Program-made: the position numbers and the translations under genes
In this document: positions 34,251 through 46,402 of the stretch, piece by piece
Layout: the number at the start of each line of letters is the position of its first letter
How positions within the stretch are numbered: position 1 is the stretch's first letter
The notes under the pieces: model-generated
Seen by the model: the letters and a program-made list of their open reading frames with translations, nothing else
Told to the model about the DNA's origin: nothing
Databases searched by the model: none
Source: Entomortierella parvispora E1425
Lineage: Eukaryota > Fungi > Mortierellomycota
DNA: 64,000 nt
Direction of reading: 5' to 3'
NCBI GenBank assembly: GCA_020891255.1
Contig: BQFW01000008.1
Coordinates: 744,001 to 808,000 of the forward strand

Positions 34251-36420
34251 TTAATAGGTGTCGACGGCATCAAACTGAAGGATTGTGCTGTACACCTTAT
34301 CGCCAACAACAGCCTCTGCCTTGATCTCGTTCAATCCAAAGTTCATGTTGATCTTAACCTTGACCTAATTGATATAAAAGAAATTAGAGACGATGCTCGG
34401 CCATTTTGAACAAATCAGCAAGTAAAGGCATCGTGCCTGAAAAAAAAAAAAAAAAATAAAAAGAGATAGAAACTCACCATTGATCCGAGGCGGGCAGTGG
34501 GCGAGTGCGGGCATGGAATGGGAATATCGGCAAGCTTGGCAATGCCAGCGTCCGTGGTATATCTAGGTGGCTCGTTATCAGTGTCGGCCGCGTACAACGC
34601 AATGTTGTAATCCTCGGGTGCCTCTGAATACTTTGTGAACGAGAACTCGCGCGAGATCGACTCGTCCACGTTCAATTTCTGACCCTTCTTGACAAAAGGC
34701 GAGAAACGATCAATGCACCAAACACCATTGACCTCAAACTTGCGCTTGGCCAAGGGATCTTTGCCCTTCTCGAAGGGTTGGTCTGATGAGATACCATAGC
34801 AGCGACGGGCAATACGAGATGTCACCACTCTTGGGTTCAAACCTACACAGACCGCTCCACGAACCACAGCCAACTCTGGACGAGGGGGGATCGAGATGAG
34901 TCCGACCTGGCTGCTGAACTGAGACTTGACACGGCTGTACAAGTAGTTGGATGATCCAAATCCTCCAACCAAGAAGATGGCAGCACAGTCCTTGGCCTGA
35001 GTCAACTGCTCCTGAATCAACGACAACACATCCTTGACAACAGGCTCGAAAACGTTCTCCTTGAGTTCTGCAGCAGTCAACACCAAGTAACCATCATCAA
35101 TGCCGACAGCCTCTGGGTCCTCCAAGTCATCGAAGCATCGGTTGGCGGGCAGCTGCAAGAACTGATCCTCAAGTCCATCAAACTGAGGCTTGATAACATC
35201 CGCGAATGTGTCGACCAAGTTGGGGATAATGTTGGCGGGGAAGTTGGCAGCGTGGTGGCCAAACTTTTCCTCCAAGAGCCGTCGCATATGTCTGTCCAAG
35301 AAAACAGATCCACAGGAGGCACCGTGACCCTTGGTAACCTCAGAGAGTCTACGTCCAGCTGTTGTAACGGCAATCTCAAAGACAATCAAATCAACAGTTC
35401 CACCACCAGCATCGCAAATCATGAATCGGTCACCATGTCCAAGATCGAACTGGTCGCACTTGCGCTCGCAGTACAAGGCGGCAGCCTCGGGCTCGGAGAT
35501 GAGCATGAGTCTGTCAGGATGATCGGTATCCTTGATGAGGTTAGCCTTAACGGCGGCCTGACGCATCACATTCTTGGCCCTGTCCGACCACATGGCGGGG
35601 ACGGTCAGACAGTACCGGAAGTGGTCGCGCTGAAAGTTTTTGGCAAAGCCGCGCATGATCTCGCCGACGACGTACTCATGGAAGGCATCGAGGTAATGCG
35701 AGATGGCGTCCAGCACAGAGATGTTGACGTCGAGGGGATTGCTGTTCATGGTGTCGTCAAGGTGCAGTTTGTACTGGTACAGCAGTGTGTGGTGACGGGC
35801 AGTGGGTTTGAGTGTCTCCATCTTTGCACGCCAACCCCAAGCAACGAGCTTGTTCTCGGGATCATCCTTCTTGTACAGGTTGAGTGTCGGTGTCTTTGGG
35901 TACTGGATGTTCTGTTTGGGCCTAAATGAAGCGTTAATGACAGGGCGTTTTGTCAGCAGTTTGTTCGCGCAGTGACATCGTGCATGTGTTTGTTTGCATA
36001 TGTGTGTGTTCCAGGAAAAAAAGAGGCCAAAAGGCAGACGCCACCACGCGGGCGAATGTTCTGGTAAACGGAGAGAGGGAAAAAACAAAAGGATGACCAA
36101 TGCATCAATTGAAGGATAGTCAGGTGGGAGGATGGCAGTTTGAATTATTACCAGCTGGTGATGTCGATGACCTCCTTGTCATCTTGGGCATAGGCATAGG
36201 CACATCCCCTGAAGAAAAAGATGAAGAGTCAGGTCAGGTCAGGTCAATCCTCGTTATTGTTGCTCTTGGTGACCATGGCGAAGTAAAAAAGAGCAATCAG
36301 CCAAGACAGGCAAAGGAGCGTGCGAAGTGATCAGGGTAGTACATACGAGAACGTGGTGCCAAAGTCGATGGCCACGACGATGGGGTAGTCCTTTGGATTG
36401 AATGCCTGCTGCTGCTGCAT
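34251..36420 (-). CDS. Atypical Hsp70 (HSPA12-like) actin-fold ATPase, 562 aa, 4 exons
   Basis: Exons 36420-36347, 36208-36152, 35921-34478, 34364-34251. Motifs VVAIDFGTTFSG, YPKTPT, LTVPAMWSD, ISEPEAAALYC, ICDAGGGTVDL, LVGGFGSSNYL. Confidence 0.92.
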
Positions 36421-37124
36421 GTGGGAAGGAAAGTAGAAGGGAGAAGGGAAGAAGGGGAGGAGGGGAGGGACAGAGGGAAGAGAGGAAGGGACGAGCTAGA
36501 TGAGAAAGAAGAATGGAGGATGAAGAACGAAGAATGAAGAATGGCAACGAGAGGAGATTATGGGTTGGGTGAGAAAGAGGGAAGTGTGAAAAAAAAAAAA
36601 AGAAACACGGGCAGGAAAAAAAAAAGAGACTTTTCTCTCTCAGCCCCTCTCTGTATGCTGTCCCCTCTTTTTAGCCCCGAGGAACTCCCCTGGGAGACAG
36701 CGGCGACACTGACGCCACTCTTTCGCAGGTTGTCCCTGGACGGGTGAGCAACCGTCCATCCTTCGACCCCTCCTCCCTGGAGGTGCCAGCTGCAGTCCTC
36801 TGCGGTGCAGTGCAGCGATGGCAGTGAGCCAGGCCCACACCACAACCACAACCACACGATGGCAAAGTTCTATTTCTGCGCCAGGGTTGCCTTGCCCCAT
36901 CGACTCAAGGGAAACACAGGGAAGGAAAAGCAGGTGGGCTGTGCTGTATTGTATGTATGTATGAGTGCATTGCCCCTCTTCCCCTTTGTGCTCTTTTTCC
37001 TCCCTTCTGTCTTTCCCTTCTCTCTGTTTCTGTCCTTTCCCCCCCCCCCCCCCTGTCCATCTCCTTCGGTCTCTCTTCTCCCTTGGTCGACTCTCATCCC
37101 CTCTCCCCCTCTCCCCTCCTGACA

Positions 37125-39008
37125 ATGTCGTCCTCATCTACAAAGGCACAGGCGCAGCACCAGCAGCAGCAGCAGTTGCGTGACAATCAGCGGCGCCAAT
37201 TCGCGTCTTCGCCTCCTTCGCCCATTCATCTCAATCGGGCCCTCTCGGCCTTCTACAGCGCGCCTTCGTTCGAAGACGTAAAAAAGAAGTCATTGACTCT
37301 TCTTCCTTCACCTACCACCATGCAGACAATGAACCTCGACATTAAGGAGCTGCCCAGCGAGCCATCCTCCTCTAGAAACTCTGTTTCCTCCAACCCATCG
37401 TCACCCTACCCCACACCGGCTGTTGCTTTGACCATGGCCTCGCCCGTGCAGGCTGGCCCCAAGAAAAGTGCCAGGGCCTTTGGTGCAGAGGACGAGAGCG
37501 ACTCCATCATGGACCAGGACAGTAAGTGCTTGCTTCGCCCTCAGTGAAAGCTGTATCTCGCTGCCTTCCCTGCCATGGGAAGCAGAGCGTGGTTCAGGAA
37601 CAAGGTTTCTTTCGTCGCTTTTTTTTTTTTTTTTTTTTTTTTCTCAACGCGTCATGTGCCCATGATTGAGCAGGCATGGCAAAGCTGTGGGATTCATCCC
37701 CTGAGAGCTTTGTGAGAAGATGCCATCACTTCATGTGTCTAATAGTTTTTGCTTAAAATGTCTCATCGTCATTGTTCCGGTTTCGTTTCGATAGATCCCC
37801 AGCCATTCAGGGTCAATGCAAGCGATATACCCCGGAAGCAACCCTCGCCTGCGAACGATCTGAGTGAGATCCAGCAACGTGGGATGGACAAAATCAAACG
37901 CCTCTCCAATGATGCTTTGAACGTTAGTCGAGAAGGTTCACCTGTTCCAAGAGGCCGGTTGAGCGAGGACATGTCAAGCAGAGAAGCTGCTAACAGCCGG
38001 AGCAAGATTGATGAACTTCAACTTCAGATCAAGCAACTTCGTGATAACATGCTCCAGAACCTCAATACCGAGGACGACGTGGCCCAGATGAAAAATAGCC
38101 GGGATAAGTATCAACAAGAAAACGTATTGCTGCATCAGAAACTGGAGACCCAGCAGCGGGATTACGAAGTCATGTCCAAGAACTATTTTGACCTTGTTCG
38201 CTTGATCAGAGTCACTGACGATGACCACTCCACTATCATCGATAAACTCAACAAACTCAAAACGTCAATCGAAAATCTGGTCAAGAAGGCCCAGGGCGGT
38301 CGCTCAGTCAATCTCAACAAAGACGCGGCACTCGAACATATCAAGAACTCTGGGAAGCTTGAAGGATTTCCAGTACCTGAGGACAAATTGGATGCTCACC
38401 ACCTGAATTTGTTCATGGAGTCGATTGTCATGTCAACATTGGTTTCTTTCTTCTTTGAAAAACCTCTCAGCAGCATTTTTGACTACAATGACGGCTTCAA
38501 ACAAATCTACGATTGGATGCGTGAAAGAAACCCCACCCTCGCTTTCCGTTGGCGTCAGCAACTCTGCGTCATGCTAAGGGATGACCCGAAGACTAAGGTT
38601 CGCCAGGAAGAGCTGGTTGCATCGGCCGTGGCTGTCCTCTCAGAAATTGTCTCCAGTGTTTATACCAACACAGAGGAGTCTGTCAAGATTCGTGATATTT
38701 GCAACCAGGCCCTTGCCCTGTCCTTAGCACTGACATCACAAGAATCGGCAATCTTCCCAGAGACGGTACCCATTGGAACGGACTTTGATGCGATTACCAT
38801 GATTGCGACCCCCAAGAGTAACATAGAAGGCAAGGTGGTGTTAGTGGTGTTCCCTACTTTCAAGGACGAGGCCATGAATGCTGTCAAGAATGAGGCCAAA
38901 GATGAGGCCAAGGACAATGCCAAAGATGATACCAGGGATGACGCCAACGATGATGCCAAGGACGATGTGAAAGGATTCTCTGTCCGTTCGAAAGTTTGGT
39001 GCTACTAA
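37125..39008 (+). CDS. Hypothetical coiled-coil protein, ~536 aa, 2 exons
   Basis: Exons 37125-37521, 37795-39008 (phase 1, GTAAG/ATAG). Heptad-rich region KIDELQLQIKQLRDNMLQ..; ends VVLVVFPTF..VRSKVWCY. Confidence 0.8.
38862..38969 (+). repeat. Degenerate 12-bp coding tandem repeat x9 (KDEA/KDDA-like)
   Basis: KDEA MNAV KNEA KDEA KDNA KDDT RDDA NDDA KDDV. Confidence 0.85.
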
Positions 39009-40736
39009 GCAAAGTCCATTGTACCCATGGGATGTGTGCAGGGGCAAGGAAGCTGACATAGTTTGAGGTGATGAACACAAAGTCAGAAAGAATACATTTC
39101 TGTCAGAAAAAAACACCTCCGATATATCTTCCCATACTGAACCATGCTGAATAAAAAACAAAGAGTCCTGGCCAGGAACAATACCGGCAGAAAAAAGGAC
39201 AAGGCAACCTTGGTTGAACATAAAACACTAAAATAAATCGAAGAATGGAAGTGAGCTTTGCCAACATGGCCATTCACAATCAAGATCTCCGCGGAGAGCG
39301 AGGAGAGTAAAAAAAAAAAAAAAAAAAAAATCTGTCTTCAAAAGTCCAAAAGACCCGGTTTTCATAGCGATGGTCCCTGATCCTGGAAGAGAGTACAAGG
39401 AAACTCTGTTCGTTGACGTTCCAGCCAGCACTGCCATCCAGGCATTCGGTTGAACGATCCGCGTTGCCGAAGCTGAAGTGCCTCTTGTTTGTTTTGTGAC
39501 GGAACCATTTGGGCCAAAGCAAACTGTTGCGACAAGAAAAAAGAAGCTTTGTAGTCTCTTGTCTTGACTCCCCTCGGAGAAGCAGCACCGTGCACGTACA
39601 TTGAACCAAGTGAGCTCTTTCTCTTCTATATGGATGTGGTGAGATCGCCGCAGTGTCTTGAGGTCACAAGTGCACCTCACTTGAGAAACAGATGGGTTCG
39701 ACTGATCGAGCAAGTCCGAGAGATGGAAAGGTTGGACAATTGGTCCCTAATATTGGTTAGATCTCTGCAGTCGGGCTGACTAAAATGTAAACACGAGCAG
39801 GGACCCTTTCGTTTCCACGAGAATCGACAAACTCTAGACGGGACGTTCTCAGAATGGAGCGGTATCAAAGCTTTCAATTGTTCAATTGTTTCCCGCATCA
39901 TTTTCAAGCGAATCAGACAAGACGCGCCAAGAATGCGAGGGCTGTCTGCACGACTGTCCATTTCTTCTTGAGGCAATAACAATACGCCGAGCGGGTGTCG
40001 ATAAACTGACAAGGGGGTGTAGGGGGTGGGGAGGCAAAGTAGAGACGGGAAACTAAAGAGTCGACAGAGTGTGTGACATTCCGGGCACTGCCGAGCAGCG
40101 AAAGGGATCTTTGCTTGGACAACGAGAGCGGCGACAGAAAAATGAAAAGACGTGGGCAGGGTCTGTCCATCCATGACCCTGTTCCCTTGATGTGTTGATT
40201 GATATCGTTTCTTCAGCAGGGTGGTTTTTCTCTCTCTTTCGTTCCTCTGTAACACAGCCCGTGGTGCATTGTTTGCCACCATTGATGTCCATGCGCGCAG
40301 CTCCAAACACAAGCTCAAAAAGCAAAAAGATATCTTCCGATCGTGGCTGGTTTGCAGGCCAACCTGCAACAAGTGTGTTGCCAGCAGTCGCCGCTCTCAA
40401 AATCTTGTTGTTTGGCTGCTCCCCACACTCCACTTTCGCCCATTATTTCATCTCCTGCTCTCCTTTTCTCTTCATTGTCTTTCTTCTCTCCTTCACTTCT
40501 TTCCTCTATTGCTGCCGCCCTCATTTCTTATCGTCACCCAAGAAAGTGAAGAAGACACTCTGTTCATCCTCCATTGATCTATTTTTCATCCTCTTTCCCC
40601 TCACCATTCGCGCTTACACTCCACTGCAAGCACACGCCTCACATATCTCACTCACAGCACCCAAACAACTCTGAAAACGCACCCCTTTCATCAGTTTCTC
40701 ATTTTTTCCAAACCCCTGCAGGGTTGTTCGTTGCCC

Positions 40737-41169
40737 ATGGCCAACGTTCTCTCCCCCATCGTGGCCAGGTACAACCTGTTCTTCACACTGGCCATGTTCT
40801 CGTCTTCACCGATTTCGCAATCCAGGCAGCCAACACACTTGGTGCAGAATCTTCTTATGGACGCTCACCTTCGCTACCAGGACAAGACCGCTCGAAAGGT
40901 AACGTCAAGACGGCCTGGTGCTGCCCTTTGACGATGTAAACCCTCCCTTTTTACAGATCAGAACCGCTAACCGCTTCAAATTCTTTTGCCATCCTCCTTT
41001 TTTTTTTGCTCACGACGTCCCAACCTTGCAACAACACCATCGAACACGACCATCCATTCCCCCCCTTCACTCTCTCTCCTCCGTCTTCTTTCCTCTCCTC
41101 TCTCCCCTCTCACTTCCGCCACAAACTCTGAAATTTTGCCACACTGACGCGATCGTTCATGCACCATGA
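40737..41169 (+). CDS. Candidate spliced small ORF/uORF (or detached 5' exons of the downstream gene)
   Basis: Exons 40737-40768, 40826-40898, 40957-41169 with GT-AG introns of 57 and 58 nt give MANVLSPIVARQPTHLVQNLLMDAHLRYQDKTARKIRTANRFKF.. Codon bias is strong for the first ~43 codons and then decays into a CT-rich tract. Confidence 0.4.
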
Positions 41170-41452
41170 CAACACATTTTCTTTTCGTTGCTGCGTCTCT
41201 TCGTTCTGTCCCCTGAAAAAAAAAAAAAAAAAAAAAACGACTGTGTTCTGACGATCGCGTATTCGTTGCCACCGTTCACTTTCTGGCTGTCTTCCAAACC
41301 AATCAATTGACCATTCCCTACTTTCAACCCTTCGCCCTCCGTCTCTCTTGCCGCGCTCATTTATGGTTTTGCCCTATACTTTTGCCGCCCTGTCTGATGG
41401 ACTCTTTGGCCTCGTTCGCTCTCACGCTCCTCTTCCCAACCCCAAATAACCG

Positions 41453-44400
41453 GTGCAACCTCCGTTGACTCTTTTATTTTTCATTTCCTTTCACTGTCAT
41501 CATCGCCGAAAACAGTTGAGAGCACTGATCCGCAACGCGTCGACAAAGACGTCGTCTTCTACTTTGTCTTCGGCTACGGTCACTGTCTCCTCCTTTGACC
41601 TGTCTTCTCGAGATCGCACCTCTTTGTCCTCTTTCCAAAGTTCGGAAGATGTTTCGGGTATGCGGTCACTCTGCAGTCCAATGGGTATTGCAATCGCAGA
41701 AGAAAAAGAGGCGGAAGAGAAAGAAAAGGGCTCATTAGCGCAAAGATCAGATGATGAGCGTTCAGAAAGAGAGAGCGCGCAACTTGTGTACTTGTACACA
41801 TCGGCCACGGTCTCGACTTTGGGTGACAACAACAGCAACAACAACAATGGCCACACTGTCTGTTCTGTTCCTGCAAGGGCTGCAGCGACAGTTGTGGAGG
41901 TAGCTTTGGACCACAACTCTGCCCACGATGAACACCAAAGTTGTGACCTTGCGTCTTTGTCGCCGATGTTTGTGAGCTCCGGCCGCCCATGCAAGGATGA
42001 TAGAGAAAACAAGATGGATGCCGTAATACCTGTGCTTCCCGAGAATACGCCAAGCGCAACAGCCTTTCCTCATTCTTCCCCATCTTCAATGGCGTCCCCA
42101 GATGCAAAGGTCTCACGGTCCTCGTTTGCCACGTTGCTGTCTGTGACCCTGACCATGATCTTGCTCAGTCTGTTGCAGGCCAAGAAGCGAAGTCTTCGCA
42201 AAAGAGGGTTGGTCCTGAGAGGTGCGTCAGTGCGTCGTCGACATTCCAGAACCAACAAGAGCAGTCATCGTCGCCATGACAGCTATGGGAACAGCACGAG
42301 CGCCAAGGACAGGCTGTCAATCTACACACCCTCAGCTCAGTCATCTCGATCCAACACGTTGTCGAATATGGACGGCGTGGAAAGCTCGTTCATGTCCCCC
42401 CCTGCATTGCGCCACCACCACCTGCACAACTACCACCAGCATCGTCAGAATGACCATCATCCGCAGCCTCAGTCACAGTTGCATATTCCCTCATCTCCAA
42501 CTCTATCCGCAGGGACCAAAACTGCCGCCGCTACTGCAGCCCATGGCAGCAGCACTGCTGCCACCACGCCCATCACTGAGCACTTTTTTATGGATGAGCC
42601 CGGGTTCGAGTTCAATAACCAAGTCAGACAACATCGTCATGATCGCCTATCAAGACCACAGCGCGCTCTCACCACGCTGAACCTTGAAAAAGAAGAGTCC
42701 CTCCTTTTCCTCGGAGAAGAGAGCCACCCTCAGCGAAACGGAGGAGCTAGTAGCATGTATGGGGCAGGCAATGCCTCATGGAGTCTAAGCGATGGCCACC
42801 TGCCGACGGCAAGTCGTCAAAAGGCTATGAAGAAGGACCTTGTTGCGGCATGGTTGGATCATCAGGACTATCCGGCAGGGCCTGTGCAAGGCAACGAAGC
42901 TGGATGGGACATGGATCCTCTTCAGTCATCTCAAGACGAGTATCGACCCGTACAAGTGCACCATTTGCTCCAGGCTCAACCCTCACCCCAGCGAAACGAA
43001 TTCCCTGGTCAAGGAGAGCGCCACCATTTGCACCATCTTCACCAGCAATCAGAGGCTAATATTAATAGAGTCGCTCACCGAGATCCTCGGCGACAAGAGC
43101 CATTGCGTAGTCTCGACAGTCATCCTCCTAATCAAATTCGCCATGCTCCGCCTCCGCATCACCTTCAGCACGCACAGCATCATCATCAGCAACCGCCTCA
43201 TTACAATGGCTCTCCGGCACCGTCTTTCTATCCAACAAATATCCCAGGTCAATCGCAATCCAGTCGGAGATTGCCACCATCGCCAACTGCTCAACCGCTC
43301 TCGCTTATCCCCGGTGCGCGCACCAGCGGGTACCACCAGCCCCATCACCAACATCACCCCCAGCATCACCAACACCAACCCTATTATCATGATCCCAGTC
43401 TTCCTCGGGTGAGACTCCAAGGCTACATTGATCCCGAGAGTGATTCAAAGTCACACCGCTCCTCTTCCATGACGTTGCATCACCGAGTATCTTTACCATC
43501 GCCAGGAAGGCCCGTCTCCCCTTCCTCTTCAACTTACCACGCTCCCACGAGACTGGAAGACTTGTCACCAGCAGAGAGGGTTCGTCAGGAGCACCAGATG
43601 CGTCGTCAATGGCATCAGATGCAACAGCAGAACATCCAGCATTTCCGTCAGCGGCAGCAGCAGCAGTACCAGATGTATCGTGATGAGCAGCCAGCGGTCC
43701 ACACCCGAGCTTATCGTCAGGGAGGAAGCAGTACTGGTAGTAGCTTGAGTCGTCGATCTACGACCACTGCGGCACTTTCTACCCATGATTTGGGCTACGT
43801 TCCTTCATCTGCGGCCAAGAGCGCGAAGGACTTGGCTTGGGAGCGTCACTGTTATTACCAGCAACAACAATTACAGGAGGAGGCCATGGCGGCAGCGGCA
43901 CGAAAGCGACAACAGGAGGTTCAGCGGCAGCAAGAACTACAACAGCTACAGCAGCAGCAGCAAGCACAGCAGCACCTCACAGTTCCAGAGACAGAGACAG
44001 AGTCAGTGGCGCGTACAAGCTCTTTGAACCGACTGACCTCTGCAGGCTTGACATCGCAAACCGCTCAGCAGCTGGGACTCTCTAGATCAAAGTCTGTCCA
44101 AGAGTCTTCCACGCTTTCATCCCCTCTTGAGCACAGCCTTGGACAGGATCATCCTTCTGAAGAGTCTCCAAAGACTCGAGAGGAGAGACAGGAAAAGCGA
44201 CAGAACAAGGGTCTTCCCCAAGTTGCCCGTGCAAAGTCGATGACTTCGGACTGCAAGTTTTTGTCATTGTTTGTTCGCAAGTTAGAGTCTAGCAAGGACA
44301 AGGATGCAACGGACATCACAGGAACAACGGTTGCCTCCACAAAAGTCGCTGCCGCCCAAGCACCAGTAATGTCGCTTCCGGAGGCTCAACAATCCACAAC

Positions 44401-45598
44401 GACCCTGTCCCGTAAAAAAACCATCAAGGACCTGGCGGGGTCTCTGGTTCGGCGATGCTCCAGTCGGTTCAGCAATCGCAGTCGACCCAATTCTTTTGCT
44501 GGCTCTGGAAGCGATCCTGTTGACCTCGCTGGAGCTAATTCGGTTAGGTCCTCTTCCCACATGGCGACTACCTCTTATCCGCCACGAGAACTAACTCTTG
44601 GACCGGATGGAATCGTGGACCTGAAGCAGCTTGAGGATGATTCTTCGAGGCCAGACACTGACAGCAAGCAGATCATCTCCTCCGTCAGCACACCATCGCT
44701 CTTGATGACGCCTCAGGAGCAGCAACAACAAGAGCAGCAGCAGCAACGGAGTCAAGGAACCACACGCAAAGTCACTTTGTTTCGCTCCAAGACCTTGATG
44801 CTGTCACAGTCGCGGCAGGCAGAGTCATTGTTGCAACCTCGTTCCGAAGAATCATCCTCTCCATCGATGACCCCTGAGACTAAGGGTCGTCGTCATGAAT
44901 CTCTGAGACTTGCCAATGGACGAGGACTGGATCTCGCCTTGTTCCCAAAGGACTTTACCACTTTGAAAAAGAGTGAAGACGGTATCTGCAGCAGTGATGG
45001 ACAGGACATTGCTCGATCCACCAGCTCCCTCGACGGCGCTTTACCCACGAGCGGCTTGTACATTCCCAACAGCATCAACACTAATATTAATAATACCAAG
45101 GACACCAATCACTATACCACCAACAATGGAAACCACAGTAACGATATCAGCCACCATAATTACAACCATACCAACGACACTGTCAACCCAGACGATATAC
45201 AGGAAGAGACCCGTCGGCAGGTCGTGGCCCTTTTGGCCTTGGGACGCAAGGACGGTCGGTCCATGCCCTCACCCTTCACCAAGGCCACTCAACCTCCGTC
45301 TCCACCCAAGGCGACCGTGGCCCCAAAGTCCAAAATCTCAACATTTACACGTTCTGTTTCACCCACGGCGGTTGTCAAGACCACGCAGACCCTGAATCGG
45401 GCCATCACCACGACCACGTTCATCTCTCCTTTGGCTTTGGAAGCGCTGGAGCCGCCACGCATGCCGATGGAAAAGAAAAAGGAGATGACGCCAGCGGCGG
45501 AAGAGGACCCTTGTGAAAAGATCGCGTTCATGTTGGTCCCAAAGTCGCGCTATGAGTTCCAGCCCTTGGTGGCCACCACTGTTGGCGACCACTTCTAA
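41453..45598 (+). CDS. Large low-complexity (S/Q/H-rich) hypothetical protein with one candidate TM helix
   Basis: 1381-codon open frame; first ATG at 41660, true start uncertain. Hydrophobic FATLLSVTLTMILLSLLQA is followed by KKRSLRKR. Ends EDPCEKIAFMLVPKSRYEFQPLV. Confidence 0.8.
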   Translation: MQPPLTLLFFISFHCHHRRKQLRALIRNASTKTSSSTLSSATVTVSSFDLSSRDRTSLSSFQSSEDVSGMRSLCSPMGIAIAEEKEAEEKEKGSLAQRSDDERSERESAQLVYLYTSATVSTLGDNNSNNNNGHTVCSVPARAAATVVEVALDHNSAHDEHQSCDLASLSPMFVSSGRPCKDDRENKMDAVIPVLPENTPSATAFPHSSPSSMASPDAKVSRSSFATLLSVTLTMILLSLLQAKKRSLRKRGLVLRGASVRRRHSRTNKSSHRRHDSYGNSTSAKDRLSIYTPSAQSSRSNTLSNMDGVESSFMSPPALRHHHLHNYHQHRQNDHHPQPQSQLHIPSSPTLSAGTKTAAATAAHGSSTAATTPITEHFFMDEPGFEFNNQVRQHRHDRLSRPQRALTTLNLEKEESLLFLGEESHPQRNGGASSMYGAGNASWSLSDGHLPTASRQKAMKKDLVAAWLDHQDYPAGPVQGNEAGWDMDPLQSSQDEYRPVQVHHLLQAQPSPQRNEFPGQGERHHLHHLHQQSEANINRVAHRDPRRQEPLRSLDSHPPNQIRHAPPPHHLQHAQHHHQQPPHYNGSPAPSFYPTNIPGQSQSSRRLPPSPTAQPLSLIPGARTSGYHQPHHQHHPQHHQHQPYYHDPSLPRVRLQGYIDPESDSKSHRSSSMTLHHRVSLPSPGRPVSPSSSTYHAPTRLEDLSPAERVRQEHQMRRQWHQMQQQNIQHFRQRQQQQYQMYRDEQPAVHTRAYRQGGSSTGSSLSRRSTTTAALSTHDLGYVPSSAAKSAKDLAWERHCYYQQQQLQEEAMAAAARKRQQEVQRQQELQQLQQQQQAQQHLTVPETETESVARTSSLNRLTSAGLTSQTAQQLGLSRSKSVQESSTLSSPLEHSLGQDHPSEESPKTREERQEKRQNKGLPQVARAKSMTSDCKFLSLFVRKLESSKDKDATDITGTTVASTKVAAAQAPVMSLPEAQQSTTTLSRKKTIKDLAGSLVRRCSSRFSNRSRPNSFAGSGSDPVDLAGANSVRSSSHMATTSYPPRELTLGPDGIVDLKQLEDDSSRPDTDSKQIISSVSTPSLLMTPQEQQQQEQQQQRSQGTTRKVTLFRSKTLMLSQSRQAESLLQPRSEESSSPSMTPETKGRRHESLRLANGRGLDLALFPKDFTTLKKSEDGICSSDGQDIARSTSSLDGALPTSGLYIPNSINTNINNTKDTNHYTTNNGNHSNDISHHNYNHTNDTVNPDDIQEETRRQVVALLALGRKDGRSMPSPFTKATQPPSPPKATVAPKSKISTFTRSVSPTAVVKTTQTLNRAITTTTFISPLALEALEPPRMPMEKKKEMTPAAEEDPCEKIAFMLVPKSRYEFQPLVATTVGDHF

Positions 45599-45975
45599 GG
45601 CTGAGCCTTCACTTGTACATATAATATAACGCACGCATTCATATCTCAGTAAATAAATGAAGAACGTTGAAGAGTGATCTTTGCCATTATTCTCCTCCAT
45701 TCATCTCATGATAAAAAAAAAAGATAAAAAAAATCTAAAGGAGGTCGACTGGAAGACTCAGTCTCTTCCCTTTGCTCTTCTTTCTGCCTTTGAGACAAAC
45801 AAGTACGAGTTTTTTGTGTTTAGACAAGCGATTTTAATGTTTTTAATATCTTTTCAACTGTCCATTCTTCTGACGTGCAGGTAAAGGACAATGACAGGGT
45901 TGATGATGCGATGCTGAATGCGGGTATTGAGATGCTAACGATTGAAAAAAAGGAGAGGAGGTGCTGTGTGCTCTC

Positions 45976-46179
45976 CTAAATGCGAATGTTGCCGCGCATG
46001 GCCGTGTTGCCGACGACCTTTTGCATGGCCATCTCGAGTGCCTGCTCCTTGGTCATCTTGGAAGGCTGAGCACCAGCGGCGGTGGCAGGGCGGGAGGCGT
46101 CCAGGGAAGGGCGAGGGGTCTGGGCTGGGGTCGTAGCAGCAGACGTGGTGTTGTTCTTGGAGGACTTGAAGAAGGTCAT
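45976..46179 (-). CDS. 67-aa microprotein, TPAQTPR family (paralog B)
   Basis: ATG at 46179 in GCAGCCATG context; TATAAAA at 46296-46290; similar to 1852-2064. Confidence 0.65.
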   Translation of the reverse strand: MTFFKSSKNNTTSAATTPAQTPRPSLDASRPATAAGAQPSKMTKEQALEMAMQKVVGNTAMRGNIRI

Positions 46180-46289
46180 GGCTGCGAGTGGACTGGGTGT
46201 TGTGTGAGAAGGGGACTTGAATGGGCTTGAGGAGTGATGTTGTTTGGATGTGTGAGGAACAGACACAACTTTGAAGGAAGAGGCAGGTC

Positions 46290-46296
46290 TTTTATA
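46290..46296 (-). promoter_or_regulatory. TATA box of microprotein B
   Basis: TATAAAA on the minus strand, ~110 bp upstream of the ATG. Confidence 0.55.
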
Positions 46297-46380
46297 CGTC
46301 CTTTCACGTCTCTTCACATCCCCAGCACGAAAAGTTAAATCTGGAATGATTCAGGCACCGCTCTCGGATGCACTCCTCTT

Positions 46381-46402
46381 TTGAGCATGGGCCATGGTCC
46401 AC
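46381..46402. repeat. 22-bp element TTGAGCATGGGCCATGGTCCAC, copy 2
   Basis: Identical to 22891-22912; an inverted partial copy GTGGACCATG-CATGGGC lies at 46632-46648. Confidence 0.9.
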
